From Asterias rubens (lineage: Eukaryota), in NCBI RefSeq assembly GCF_902459465.1, contig NC_047062.1:22816001-22880000 (forward strand): a stretch of 64,000 bases of DNA, in the 5' to 3' direction. Shown here one piece after another: positions 37,001 through 49,900 of this stretch. The position numbers and the translations under genes were made by a program. The notes beneath the pieces are model-generated. The model was not told the origin of the DNA. It did no database searches and was given only the letters and a program-made list of their open reading frames with translations. Every line of letters starts with the position of its first letter. Position 1 is the first letter of the stretch.

Positions 37001-37417
37001 CAGGTAAATAAGTTCCTATATTATTTTATATCGAATGAAAAAGTGGTGGCGCCATACGGAAACTTTTCCTATTTTGCTATTCGCAATAAACCTTATTGAG
37101 ATTTGAGACTCAAGTCAAAATTTGCTTGAGACCGAGCTGACTAGGACCGAGTAGACCCATATGCACAGCATAAACGATGGTGACTTCATTTCATGCACCA
37201 ACTCGACTCGCATGCATTGAAATGCACGACTAACAAAAAGTGAAAAACATCAACATTAAACAATTGCATTGAGCATTTCCAACAAAATCAAAAGAAGATC
37301 GTATGTACCTTTCTCATCTGTAGGAATACTTGGGTCGTAGTCACTACTGATAACAGGTGTTTCGGTTTGCGATGGCTCTGTTGCACCATTTTCTGATATT
37401 TCTTCAGGGCTTTCCAT
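22060..37417 (-). CDS. PRPF39: Pre-mRNA processing factor 39 (U1 snRNP HAT-repeat protein) with N-terminal SAP domain, 942 aa
   Basis: Exons 37417-37309, 35537-34914, 34129-34005, 33604-33476, 30301-30189, 29696-29529, 29027-28787, 27978-27868, 27177-27013, 26708-26582, 25728-25520, 25143-25084, 24477-24296, 23926-23834, 22956-22644, 22119-22060. All are phase-consistent. Motifs: [94 protein letters not shown]. Confidence 0.96.
23126..23263 (-). CDS. PRPF39: Candidate in-frame cassette exon of PRPF39 (46 codons)
   Basis: Acceptor catgtttttcag|, donor cacgg|gtattc, phase 2 to 2, open in the PRPF39 frame ([14 protein letters not shown]...SDLNSVHG). Confidence 0.55.
24706..24843. mobile_element. 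hAT-type MITE nested in a family C SINE
   Basis: TIR CAGGGTTCTCCCCA/TGGGGAGAACCCTG, flanked by atagt/atagt. The host SINE resumes after it. Confidence 0.85.
27257..27394 (+). mobile_element. RTE/RTEX LINE 3' end fragment
   Basis: Translates as [33 protein letters not shown]...RLRATR*, followed by a tgatga tail. Same clade as 8198-8362. Confidence 0.75.
27651..27829. mobile_element. PIF/Harbinger-like MITE
   Basis: TIR AGCCC(A/G)GTTCATACT(T/C)CCTGCGAATGCGA, flanked by TTA. Partial copies near 21680, 25445-25495 and 48742-48880. Confidence 0.8.
28125..28341 (+). mobile_element. Penelope-like pLTR repeat (family F) with inverted arms and a hammerhead-like core
   Basis: Arms gtttgcggtaacacca (28125) / tggtgttaccgcaaac (to 28294) surround CCAGAAGA-C-GATCAG-aacata-CTGATC-GAAACGTC. 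Confidence 0.65.
28342..28704 (+). mobile_element. TTAA-flanked MITE family A, full length (Kolobok-like)
   Basis: ttaa|AGACACTGGACACT...AGTGTCCAGTGCCT|ttaa. Partial copies at 35757-35990, about 47402-47635, 54172-54331 and 26505-26535. Confidence 0.85.
34310..34850. mobile_element. Nested MITE cluster in PRPF39 intron 2
   Basis: An aggggtggatttcaca...taggactagtc element (another copy at 49740-49865) is interrupted by a gaccgatcc...ggatcggtc MITE (about 34380-34565). It is followed by a gggccaaatttcatg...catgagattgggccc MITE (family G; also about 24000-24210, 26345-26500, 45240-45425, 48640-48690, 56495-56785). Confidence 0.75.
36600..37095. mobile_element. Two inverted copies of a TA-flanked MITE, the second carrying a nested GG...CC MITE
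   Basis: taaggtttatcgcg...cgcgataaacctta at 36600-36755 and 36801-37095. Insert 36938-37069 is flanked by tattttgc/tattttgc. Confidence 0.9.
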
Positions 37418-38253
37418 TTTTCAGCGTGGCGTCGTGGACGTATGCCGTATAATTGCAACAGCGCCCCCAACCTGTCGTTTGTACACGTCGTATGGTGATG
37501 AGGGCCTAGGGAGCCTTGTGATAGACTTGATTCAAGCCTCGTTTTCGTGCGAGAAGTCCCTAATCCCTATCCGAAGTCAAAATGTAGCTATTGGGGTCCC
37601 GAGAATGGCCAGTCAAAGGTTGGGGGGGGGGGGGGGGGGTCGCTGTTGCTCAAGTAAACTAGCTAATACTCTTGGAATTCGTTATTAAACGATTAGACCA
37701 TTCTTTAGCAGTATCAAAATCTGTTAAGCAACTGCTAGGCAGCTCTGTCAAATTGCCCAAAATGGAGGGTATTAGGGCCGCCTGTTGCATTTCTAAATAA
37801 CAATAGCTATTGTTGATGGGAGATGTTGCATAATCAAGTAATGAGCTAATTTTACTTCTGGAAATCGTTACCAAAGGCACAGTAAAACACTATTATTTTC
37901 AGTAAACGTTAAAATACCATTATTTTGCAATAAACGTTTCTGCTTAGCAGCTTTGTGATCACTGTGAAGAAAGATAGGTTGGGGGCGCTGTTGCTATCGA
38001 AACGGCGACTTCGGCTACAGCTACGGCTAGATTGCGCGCGTCTGCCTATTCTTCAACACTGGTAGACGCGCTGATCTAGACGCGCGGACCGGTCATGCTA
38101 CATACTACCTCCGTGTGGTGGTGAAGACAGGGTCACGAGGTGGCGGGGCGTTTAAATTCACGGTGCTTTTTTGAAGTTGAATGGTGGTGAATTCCATGGT
38201 TGAATGTTGTTTTAGTAAAAAGGTCTATCCCGAAAGTTGATGGCAGGGAAGAA
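37418..38253. promoter_or_regulatory. Bidirectional promoter region between PRPF39 (-) and SLX4IP-like (+)
   Basis: The divergent ATGs at 37417 and 38254 are 836 bp apart. The region has CpG-rich patches, a GC box (gtggcggggcg) and inverted gcaacagcgcccccaacct motifs. Confidence 0.65.
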
Positions 38254-41200
38254 ATGAACAAGCACGGCAGAGAAACCCATCATTATCTGAAGGTAAACAT
38301 GACAAAAAATACTGCTTGGCGACACTATACTAGACAGTCTATATAGTAATACTTAATAATACAATAGTATATAAAAAATACTAGATACATTAGGAGCTAG
38401 TCTAGTGGAGCAATTGTTGTTGATCTGTGTTGCACTTGGGGGGGGGGGGGGGGCAGGTTTGGTCTGCCCATCAATTAACTTTTCATGACACTTGTCATCC
38501 AGTGAGATGGTCAACTTTTTACTACTGATGATTGATATCAAATCATTATACCTCCATGGTGATATGTTTACTGATTGTTATATTATTGTTAATTGTTGTC
38601 TGATGCCCTCACTCAATCAAACCGTACCAGTTAACTTATGTTATGATAATAAGTTCATTATTTTCGCTGTTGATGATTGAAATATGCAAAATTTGCTTTT
38701 TGTCGGCTGGTTGTATATTGTGTATTTTTAATATTCCCCAAGAAATGCTCTGAAAGTGAAACACAGCATCGTTGTGATAACGTCCCTCCTCCCGCCTGAC
38801 GGAGGGTTTACGTTACCGCAACTATCGTGACACAGCCCTGCATCATTCACCACATTCATGTGACAGTCACATGATATGCCAGGGATGATGCCCCTTTCAT
38901 TCTAGTTGCGATAGTCATAACCCTCCATTCATCCACCCGGTCTGAGGAGGGAGGATGGAGGGAGGGTTGTTACGATCATAACAACTACTTATGTGGAATT
39001 TATAAATGGTCGGACATTAAACTAGTCTGTACTAAAAATAATTATGAGCAGTAGTTGGAGCATTGTGTAGCATTGTCATGCCCCACTACCATCGGCAAAC
39101 TCTTGGTATATCTTTTGACTGTGTTTGGTCATGGTAAAGTGAAGTGTTGGGTTTCCTGCTCAGGAGGGAAAATTTGTGTCACGACCATCACAAACTCCCC
39201 CCCCCCCCCCCCGGCCCCCATCCCCCTGTTTTGTAATGAATTTTATTCTTTTATAAACAAATAAGTCTTCTTAACTTACTCACACATTCCCCAGAAAGGA
39301 AAGATGCTAATTTCTCTAGATTTGTGCATCTTGAACCAAGGAGGAACTGAAAACTGGTACCAAGACAGACATAGACAGGTATTGAAATTTGAAACTTTAC
39401 AACTTTTTGTAGTTTGGGTTTGGCCTCGGGGCTTGTTGCATTAAATGTTAACTGGACCAGAATTGTTTTTGTTAAGACCAGCAACCAAACCATTTGTCTT
39501 TACACTTCACTACACAACTCAATCAGCCTTTGTGAGGTATGGCAGATGCAATAGGAGTGCGCTGTTTAGTTCAGGTGTATACACACAAATGTACCCAAAC
39601 CTAATTGTTGTAGCATTGTGTCCGCCATATCTCAAAAAGGCTTATGAAACTGAAAGGTATTTCAGATAAAGAGGCCTACACACAGTGAGGTTTTTGAAAA
39701 ACATATTTGTTTACTGGCCTTAAACTAAAACTGCTGGCCTCAGGCATGGTGTCCAGTGTACAATTTAAGCCCTGCTGGTAATTGTTTTCTTTTGGTGTTG
39801 GTTATTTACCAAAAGTCTTTGCCCATATTATATTATTGAGGGCCTTTGAACCATTGATTGTCAAAATTAAATGTAATTTATTCTCTTGGGAACCAAGGAA
39901 ACAATTGCCTTACTAGAAGACTGTGTATCGGAGAGGATCAGTGAGTTCTACATCAAGAAGAGAGCGAGAAGGTTCCACAGACAGCGAGAGAAGAAAGAAG
40001 TCAAGCCCAAACAAGAACAACCAAAGATGCTACAAGGTGATGTTAAACATTGTTTTGTTATGGCTACAAGAAAGCTAATTGAATGGATGATGTCTGCTAT
40101 TAGACCACCACTTGCACAGACTGCAATCCCATACATCCCATGATCCCAATGTACACAAACAATTGGAGAGTGTCTTACTGATGTCAAAGTTTTTCTTTGA
40201 GACAGGCATGTATAAAACACACTAGACTCATTGCTCAGCATTGCATGATGACCAGCGTTGCTGAGGTTAAAACAATGGAAGCAGGCAAACGCATCATGCA
40301 ACTCGCAACTCTTAGCCAATGATAGGTCTTCCTTTTACCTCATTGTATGAGAGTGCTGTTTGAGATTGTGACATCTCATGCAAGGGCTCTATACTAAGGT
40401 GGTTGTAGTTAAGGTTTTGCATATTCACCATGGTGCTGGACCATGGCTGGACTAAGTTGGAACATAAAGTAAGTTACAGCTGACAGGAAGTGTCTATAGG
40501 TATGACCTAAGGATCGGGTAACTTGCTTTCCTTTGGGGAGGGAATATCCAAACTTAATGATAAATATTTGATTGTATGTACTTGCTCTGTTTGGTTATTG
40601 CAGGTAGCACAGTTAAGATTGGATACAAGTTCACCAAGAGAACGGTCACTCAGAGATGCCTCTTAACAAGTGTGTATAACATTTATACCCATTACTCTTA
40701 GCTCTAACTATTTAATCTACAAGTCAGTAGTAGCAGCATACTGACTTTTTAGACTCTCTTATGCCCCGTTTCACACTCTGTCTCTTATCCCTATGGACTA
40801 CATATGGACTACCCCATGGTACTCCGTTGTCATTTTATACTGTCCCAGCCTAGGCGGTTCCAAGGGGTTCTGACTGCACGTTTCAAGAATGCCCATGGGT
40901 TTTTACCGCTTACCACTGCTCCAGAGCAGGGGTGGCTATTCTCCGGGGTATGCCAAATTGCCTAGGGAAGATCAGACCCCAAGAGGGGAAAACCCACTCA
41001 GTGAGGTTAGCACTGAATTCCTAATCCACATGCATGGCTGTTAGTCTAAGGTGGGATTAGAGCCGGGGTTCACAGAGGTTGAGAGAAACCACTGGGCCAA
41101 CCTGATTATGGGTTTTTTTTTATGCCAGAAACCTATTGCTCTGTTTATTCTAAAACACCCTATCAAAACGTCTATGGTGTCTGAAAGTTACTTTTTAACT

Positions 41201-44200
41201 CTTTTTTTTTGCAGATTCCAACTTTGCGACCATAACTCTATTCCCAGAGACACTTCATGTGTACGTGTGCGAGTACCAACCATCCACAGTGCTTAAGACC
41301 ACCGCTCAGCTGATGTACACAATCAAGGAGGACACCATGGAACCAGTGGGGACCAGTAACTATTTCCAGCGGGGCACCAGTCCAGAAATAAAGAAAGTCG
41401 GTACTGTGTCGGCAGTCAAGAAGAGAGATAAACTGAAGATGCTGTAAGTGTTGATTATTGTAGCTCTAACCACCTCTAATAGTACTTAAAGCATGTGTCA
41501 CATTTAGAGCTCAAAATTAATGCTGGATTGCAGGCCCGAGGCCAGTGATTTGAACATCGAGCCAATAAACTTACGACCGTACAAGTCTGGCAGTCTTGAA
41601 GTATTACCCTAAAGACAAATAATTATAAAAAAGACAGCTCAAATGTGAAACTGTGTAGAAAAAGTGTTCTTCTCATTTTGATTCCGGTCTTGTATCAAAT
41701 TTTTCTGGTTCAGTATCAGTTTTGAGCTACAAGCCTTATAATTGTGGATTTCCCCCCAAAAAGTGAGCCCTGACATTGGTATTTGACCAAACATATGCAT
41801 GAAGGACAAACCTGTGAAAGATAAAGCTCAATCGGTCATTGGAGTCACAAGAAAAAATTGAAGAATAAAACCTTACAAGTTTCTACTGATTTTGAACATT
41901 GAGTTTTAATAGTAACGCACAGATGCACCCTCTACCAATATGCATTTAGCTTATTGCAGATTTTCTCACCATGTGTTGTTGTTTCCCTTTCTCTTTTAAG
42001 TGTTAGGAGACGGATTAGGAAAATGCTAACAGAGTCTTGCTCCATGGAAAGTGGCTACGATACAATCACGAACAACCCAACGACCTCCGCCGACACCAAT
42101 ATGGTCTGCGCACCTTGCCACACTACAGGTGGTGGATATGCCCCGGAAGAAGTCGATGATCCTAGAAGCAATAGTCATGTTTTTCAGACCAAAACTGAGC
42201 GAGCACTGCTGAGAGGTCTCAAACAGGCTGCAACTTCCACTAAATTTCACATGCAAGGGATGTGTCATCATAGGGAAGGACTCATAGGTAATGATGTGCA
42301 AAAACCGTCCAAAAAGAGGAAAGTGGTTCTCGGTGGGGAGTCGCACCCTAATGAGATGGAAACCATAGCAGCTGTTCAAACAAACACAAACAAAGACTCA
42401 CCCGACATAGGAGGCAGGGAGCCTTTTAAAGAGAAGATAATTGGACCAGCAAATACGGAAAGTGACATGTTGTCAGGTCGATGGTCCTCTTCCGAGATAA
42501 AAGAGAAGACTTGCGAAGCAAAGTCCAAAGAGTCGGAGCGGAGTTCGTTTCACGACGACGATGGGGATGTTGAGATGATGGATCTTGAGGAGGTTGTTGA
42601 CCTTTGTGGGGAGGATGGCGAGGAGGACGTAGCTGGAGGAGATATCAGTTGCCTCAAAGATGGCAAACCAGATGTCGAGTGAGTAAAACTTTCTTTCGAC
42701 CTCGGCCTTGTGTTAAACTATTTGATTTGGCCATATCTTGAATAAACTGGTCCCTTGTTTTGATCCTTTAAAGCCATTGGACCCTTTCGGTACAGAAAAA
42801 AAATAAAAAAATCACAGATTTACAAATAACTTACAGGGTTTACAGAAGGTAGTGGTGAAATACTTCTCTCGAAATATTATTACATGAAATGCTTTACTTT
42901 TTGAGAAAACAGTAAAACAATATCAATTCTCGTTAACGAGAATTACGGATTTATTTTAAACACATGTCATGACACGGCAAAACGCGCGGATACAAGGGTG
43001 GGATTTCCAAGTTATTTTCTCCCGACTCCGATGACCGATTAAGCCCAAATTTTCACAGGTTTGTTATTTGATATAGAAGTTGTGATACACGAGGTGGGCT
43101 TGGACAATACTGTTTACCGAAAGGGTCCAATGGCTTTGAGGATAAAGACAAGCTTTGCTCAACTAAATAAATAATTTCATTGTTAGTTTGGCAAATTAAC
43201 AGCCTACATTGGTTCACACTGTATTTGGTGTATGTAATTGTTTGGAATCACTGAATGTTCTGGCTGAAGGGACTTTGTGTGAGACAATATTACCCTACCA
43301 TCTTTTAGAGGTAAAACGGTGATGGAACAATTGTGAGCTTTAGTAACAGCTGACCAACTCTGTGCTGTTGATATTGTTTCAGATGTATGAAGAGGCTTGA
43401 TGCATTGCAACTGAAGCGCCTAGTGAGAAGGAACAAGAGGTTTCTGAGGGAGATTTTTGTTGGCAAGGTGAGATGAGATCTACTTTTAATTAAACTACAA
43501 CTCAAACACCATAGAATCCGACTTCCGAACCCACACTCTGATATTAGTTTGATGTGGTGCTTTTGTCAAGATTCATAAAAAACTGTAACAGGCTTTGTAC
43601 TTCTTGTATGAGCTTGGCAATTCTGCCTGCAAATTGAAAAGTTTGTATTGACCATTTGCACAAGGCTCAGCACACGTACATGCGCCTATCCTGTCAGCCG
43701 TTTTGGAAAGCAAAATGTACATAAAAGAAATTGACTCCTAAAAGGGTGGAATTGGTAGACGATGTGTTCCGCGTTATGCAAGGTTTCCATTAGACTATTT
43801 CAAGTGGCATGAAGGCAATAAGCCAGGGAGGGGATGTCGCCTCTTTGAGGACACATTGAAGTTCCTTTTACCGCGCCAAGAACAACATTTAAGGCCTGAC
43901 AATATTTTCATAAAAAAATGACACTGACAGGATAAAAAAAATATCTCCGCCCCACTAAACTGACTCCCATAAGCTTTAAAATCTCACTTTGTTTCTTTGT
44001 TTCTTTCTTCTTCCCAGAGACCCTGCAAACGGCATTTGGATTATAAGCAAGGTGGATACGCAAGAGGTATTTTGTAAACATTTATAACTATAGTTGATTA
44101 AGACTTTACCTAGGTGGATGTTTGTAGGTTCTTAGTTCTAAAAAGAACCGTCCTGCTTATTAACTACTACCTGGACTAATGTCTACTACTTTATTTGTTG

Positions 44201-45173
44201 TTGTTGATTTTCAATTTTTTTTTAAATACTAGTGCTCAAAGTTGTATTATATTTTTCTTTGATGCAGCGAATTTAGCGTATGAGGCTTGGTACGGACCAT
44301 TCACCGAAGACCAAGTTGACTGTATTATGACAGAGTTGATGAAGGTGTACTGTGCAAAGCATAACAGAGTAAGTCTCGTATCCAATCTTCCCCCCTTTCT
44401 TTTTCTATATCCATGTGTGTGTTTTTTATGTGAGGCTTTTAGTTACCATGCCTGAGATGTTGCAGATGGCATCCTCCACGCCCCCTCCCCACCCCCCAAA
44501 AAAACCTCCATACTCTAAAACACTTTTTCTCTCTTGTACAGAAGACACTACTCTCCCCCCCTCCACCACCCCCACCCTGAAAATCCTCTGACGAACATCT
44601 GAGATTCCCAGAACACAGTGAAGAGACAATGGGTGGGAGGGGGTGGGGCTTACACCATGCCACACATTGAGCACCAAACTTGCCTTTTAACTTAGTCTTT
44701 CTATTAACCTCTTCTAAGGCAAGGAGACCTTACGAGTAAATAATAATAAATAAACTACAGCATTTATAAGGTGCACTTTACTGAAAAGGAGAAACATTCA
44801 AAGGCGCCGGTCAAGTTTTGTCAAGATGTTGGAAAGCAAGCAAGAATAAGTGTGTTTTGAGTTTCTGCTGGAAGAGAGTGATGTTGTGTATTTGTCTGAG
44901 GTAATCCGGAAGTGAGTTCCAGAGTCTTGGTGCTATGTTGGAGTAATTGACATTGTAGGGTTTTTCGTCACAAGTTCATCATGAAATTTAGCGCTGGTTT
45001 CTTTTGCCTTTGTTCCAACACAGTTCCTTGAATACCTCAGCAAAGTCTTGCTCCCGGAAGCTCTGACAAAGATCTGCATGGACGTCTTGCACCTCTCACA
45101 GGAGGCTGCCCAGTTAATCATGGAGGACATATCGCTGTGTAGTGATGCAACGTTGCTAGGCAACAGATACTGA
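38254..45173 (+). CDS. SLX4IP: SLX4-interacting protein-like, with a C-terminal MUM1/PWWP3-like helical domain, 539 aa
   Basis: Exons 38254-38292, 39295-39378, 39898-40036, 40604-40669, 41215-41443, 42001-42678, 43383-43467, 44018-44066, 44268-44368, 45024-45173. All are phase-consistent. The N-terminus KGKMLISLDLCILNQGGTENWYQDRHRQETIALLEDCVSERISEFY...KRTVTQRCL...TLFPETLHVYVC parallels human SLX4IP as I recall it ([42 protein letters not shown]...KRGIRLRCI...VFPDRFVVCV). Confidence 0.75.
38765..38990. mobile_element. Palindromic MITE in SLX4IP-like intron 1
   Basis: Imperfect inverted arms (gttgtgataacgtccctcctcc / ggagggagggttgttacgatcataac). Confidence 0.55.
44750..44940 (-). mobile_element. 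L2 LINE 3' remnant
   Basis: The minus strand encodes APRLWNSL and ends in an (ATT)-rich tail with a gcacct tataa motif. Confidence 0.55.
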
Positions 45174-45516
45174 TGCAGTCCCACAAGATCCAGTCAAGTA
45201 CAGTGCACACAATTGCAGTTTTAATCATTAACTGTAACCAGGGCCCAATTTCATAATGCACGTAAGCACCAAAACTTACTAACCCCGGGAAAATGTGCTT
45301 AAAGGAAACAGGTAACCAGCCAAAAAACTTAAATTGAGATTACATTGTTGCCACTGGGTCCCAACTCATTGTTTGATTAGCAAGGCAAATTGGCTAAGCA
45401 GTATTTTCTGCTAAACAGGGCCCATAACACATATGCTGCAACCCTATCTGCCATTTTTGTTTAACAAAATCCACGGGGTGTTTTAGACCGCGGAACAATT
45501 GTGCAGGTCACAATTT

Positions 45517-45604
45517 GACAACTTTAGACTACCTTTAACAGCTTAACATTGATCCGGATGACAACTTTAGACTACCTTTAACAGCTTAACGTTGATCCGG
45601 ATGA
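45517..45604. repeat. 43-bp tandem duplication
   Basis: gacaactttagactacctttaacagcttaac(a/g)ttgatccggat occurs twice. Confidence 0.9.
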
Positions 45605-46944
45605 CGTGTACATGTACAAGCATGTCCGCCGAATGCATTGATTTGTGTGTAGGGTCTAAACTTCCCGATTGCAACTGTTTTTAAAGTTGCTTCGTTATGT
45701 GCCGTTTTTAAGGAGCCACACTTTCAAAAACTCTTGTTCTACTGTTTGTTGGTCTTTCTTGCAGGCTGCTTATAAATTATGCAGGAAACCTCGACTTTTT
45801 ACATATTGTACTTGATTTTGCCTTTAAGAATGTGTTGTTAAGAACACACCATTTGAACTTGCCAATCATTCAGAATTGTTGAAAGTCTGTTTTTATTTAA
45901 AGCCGTGTACATGTAGTGACAATGTGTACATGTATTTTTCTGCCAATAATACATTGTGTAATTGCCGTTTTGGATCGCTTTAGAGCTCAACAAAAAAAAC
46001 TTTCTCACTGGAGGGTCATGTGACATCTTGTGAAATGCACTGAAAACATTGTAAAATGTAAATTTTTTTGTTAAGTTTGAAAATGTTACCGTTGAAGGCT
46101 GTACGTTTTTGTAAAGTTTGTTATTAAGGAAGGACCTTTTGCTCCGATGTTTGTTTTTCTATCAAAACTACATCGTTGATGAACAATGAACAGGGTGTTA
46201 CATTCTGTTTATTGGGTAGAGACGCTGCTTTAAAAACAAATTAGTAAAATCTGTATAAAGACGATGATTCTATATCAAATTGTATTTATTGATAAATTAT
46301 TTAACCAGCTATATTTACATTAAACAAACATTATATCACTTATTATTGACTTATCTTGAGTGTTTTTATACCACTTTTTACATGGATGAGAACTGTGAAT
46401 TCATAACAAAAAATAATAATAATAGTGGCTTCTTATATAGCACTCAAATCCATCACCAAGCAACGTTCAATTCACTCCAACATTATTTTCAGATCCAATC
46501 CACCAAGCTTTGTTTGTTGGATTGCCTTCAAGTGCAGAGCTGCTTTTGAAATATAACAAACTAAACAAATTATAAATAGTACTCACGTTATAGGTTTTAC
46601 AATCTGCATCGATACAAAATTGGAATCAAGACAATATTTACGAAAAAAAGATTTCTTCCTTGATTCTTTATCATTGGAATGTTTTTATTGAAAAATGGCT
46701 GCCCAATTTGATTCACAGTGGAGTACTGTGGCTCTATTTATGTTATTTGTTTTAGTATTGTTTTTGTGGATATGCAATTGAACTGCAGATAAAATGCAAA
46801 GAGCGAAGACAAAAAAAGTTCCATCATCTGAACGAATCATTGCATCATATAGGAATGGGTTGGAAGCATAGGTTTAGAAGTCACATAAATAAGAAGCCAT
46901 GTATGTCCATTGTCCGAAGGTTTGTAGAATCCTCCACAACGTAC

Positions 46945-49900
46945 TCAGTTCTTCCACTTGAAAGTCTGTGAAAAGTGAACACAAAACAGAAACAAAAAAT
47001 AAGTTTGAAAGTTGTGTACTCTGATGATTATTGTCGGGGAGCTTAGCCTCCATGACCTAGTAAAGTTTGTTTTTGGTTTTCACTAAAGAATTATGATAAA
47101 CAGGCTCAATGCAAAACATGAGGAACATAAGTACAAGGGCTGACATACATGTGCTGTAGGCTTTAATAACTTTTTGAGGTATGGCGGACATGATACGCGC
47201 GCGTCACACGCCGCGACTGATGCCACGCTCACCATGTTGGTGGTCATTAGGTTTACGTGTAAACGCCGGTCGCCTATAATGCGCACTTCGCTGAATAACA
47301 TACGTTCTATTTATATGGTCAATACACACAAATTTACCACAACTTTACAGCGTTGTAGCATTGTGTCCGCCATATCTCAAAAAGGCTTATAGGTTATTGC
47401 AAGGCACTGGACACCTTTTGGTAATTGTCAAAGACCAATAATCCCACTTGGTGTATCCCAACATTGCGTTACAGTTGCAAGAGAATGATGAAATAAAAAA
47501 CACCCTTGTTGCACAAATTTGTGTGCTTTCAGATGCCTTAAAAAAGAAAAAGAGTTAAGTCTTTTGATATTTGTGTGAGAAATTACCTTGGTCTTTATAA
47601 AAAACTATATAACTTCAGAGGGTGCCATTTCTCACAATTTTTCTGAAGGCAAACAATAGCAAATCAGACTAAGACTATCAAGCATGTATAATAACATGGA
47701 CTTGTAAATGAAACTACTCCCATGGTCAGACTGTTCAGCCTGGATATACTCACAGAGTTCCTCATGATGTCCTCGACACGTCTTGCCTCCGGCGTTCCGC
47801 CAGGCACTTTGCTTTGGTACTTGAGAAGTCGCTGACGATCTCTGACCTGGATGAGGGCATCGACCACGATGCTGTGACGCTCCAGCTTCATGGCAAGGGC
47901 GATGCGAGACTCGGTGTCCTCGATCAGTTTCAGGTATCTGTCTATCGCCTGAAAACAACATTTTGGATAAACAGGGGCAAGAGTGAAATATATTTGTGGT
48001 TAGGGCCCAATTTCATAATTATAAAGCTTTCACAAGTTTCTTTAATTATAATAATATCATGTATTGATTTATATTGCACCCATTCCATGGAATGAACACA
48101 AGCGCATAACTACACAAAGATTAAAAAGCTTACTACCGGTAAAAGCACGGAAAAACCACAATCCCCCAAACAAAATTAAAACACAAGACCCTTGCAGGAC
48201 TACCCAAACAGTAAAAACGCATTAACATAAAGACAGTTGATACAACAGTAAAAACGCATCAATAAAGACAGTAGGTACAAAAATGTTCTTAGGAGAGGAA
48301 CAATAAAAAAACACATTTATATCACATCCATAAAATAAAACCACATAATTAGACAACGATTACAAATTAACAACTGGTAAAAGCAAGGAATAACCACAAC
48401 CCCCCCCCCCAAAAAAAATGAAAACACAATACCCTTATAGGTATTCAAGAATTGAAGACAGTAAATACAACAGTAAAAATACATTGACATAAAGACAGTA
48501 GATGCAAATAGGAGAGGAACAATAAAAGCACATTTAGTAAAAAGCTTGTTTAAAAAGATAAGTCTTCAGAACAGCTAAGCAAAAACTCAGTGGGGCACTA
48601 TTCACATCAGTGTAACCCGTTTCAGTTAAGCAATAATTTTCTGTGCTTAGCAAGTTTTTGTGCTTACAGACTTCATGAAATTGGGCCCTGGAAAAAACTG
48701 CTCAAGGAAAGTAACATTGCTTACATTGAGTGAGTCAGAGTTAAGCCTGGTTTATACTTCCTGCAAATGCAAATCAACTTTTGACGTCATATGGCTGTTT
48801 TTGCTACAAATGTCTAGCAGGAGTTGAGCACATTTCAACTGCAAATCTGTGATGTCAAAATTTAAATTGCATTTGCACTCGCAAACCACACTCTCGCTCA
48901 AAGATACTTACATCATGCGGGGCACTCTGCTGTACAAGAATTTCAACAACTTGCTCAAATTTGACGGCGCATTTCATTGTGGCCTTCCCCCTCCAGTTCT
49001 GATCGCCAAAAAAGGAAAACAGTTTTCACTTTAATTATTTTATATCGGGATAAACTACAGGCATTAAATTGTATACAAATTATTGTTCACAAGAGCAAAT
49101 AGTTTTACATTTAGCAAACAAGTCCCATGGTTGGAAGTGCACCTAAAACAACCCAGAGCACTTGGTATACCCCTGTGTTTCTGGTTCACAAAGCAAGCAA
49201 CCTTCCTCACAGGCTTGGGAGCTGTACAGTTTAGATGTCCTGAAAACATTGCTCTGTGATTTTCCCTTTTGTTTCTCAAAACATAAAGACTAATGATGCT
49301 AAAACTTCTACAGGTAGATTTTATTACAAACATCTTCATTCACAGTGAGTAGGGATTCATGTCATGGCCAAAAACTCGATCTACAAAAGTTATCAAAACC
49401 CTTCAATTTAAATGAACAAATGTTTTCTTACCTTTGAGGTTAACAATGTGTCCAAATCCTGCCACCGTCGTAGCATTATTCTTGAAAGCATTGCTGTAAA
49501 CAAATACTGCTTCTCTGTCAGTTTGTGGTGCTGTCGAATCCCTAGGGGACTGCTCACACTGACCTTTGACACCAATGGCAATTATTCACAAAGTTAATGA
49601 TACATACGACATCTCTGTCATAATTTCATTGCATAAAGTATAACATCTATTTTTTGTAATATGTGCACTGGATTTGGAAAAACATTCTCAACGAGGTTGA
49701 TATTGTGTATGAAAAAATCACTTAAGTAATACGGCAGCTCAGAGGTCGATTTTACGAAGTGTTAGGACTAGTCCTAAGTTAGAACTAGTCCGAGGAGATA
49801 TTAAGGCTAGTCCTTAAGGCTAGTCAGGACGAGTAGTCTTAACACTTTGTGAAATCCACCCAGGGCTGTATACTCGCCACAATTTTAAAAGGACTGTTAT

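Noticed and set aside
37659-37880. 73-aa ORF in the PRPF39/SLX4IP-like promoter
   Set aside because: It has no recognisable motif or splice links and is of a length expected by chance.
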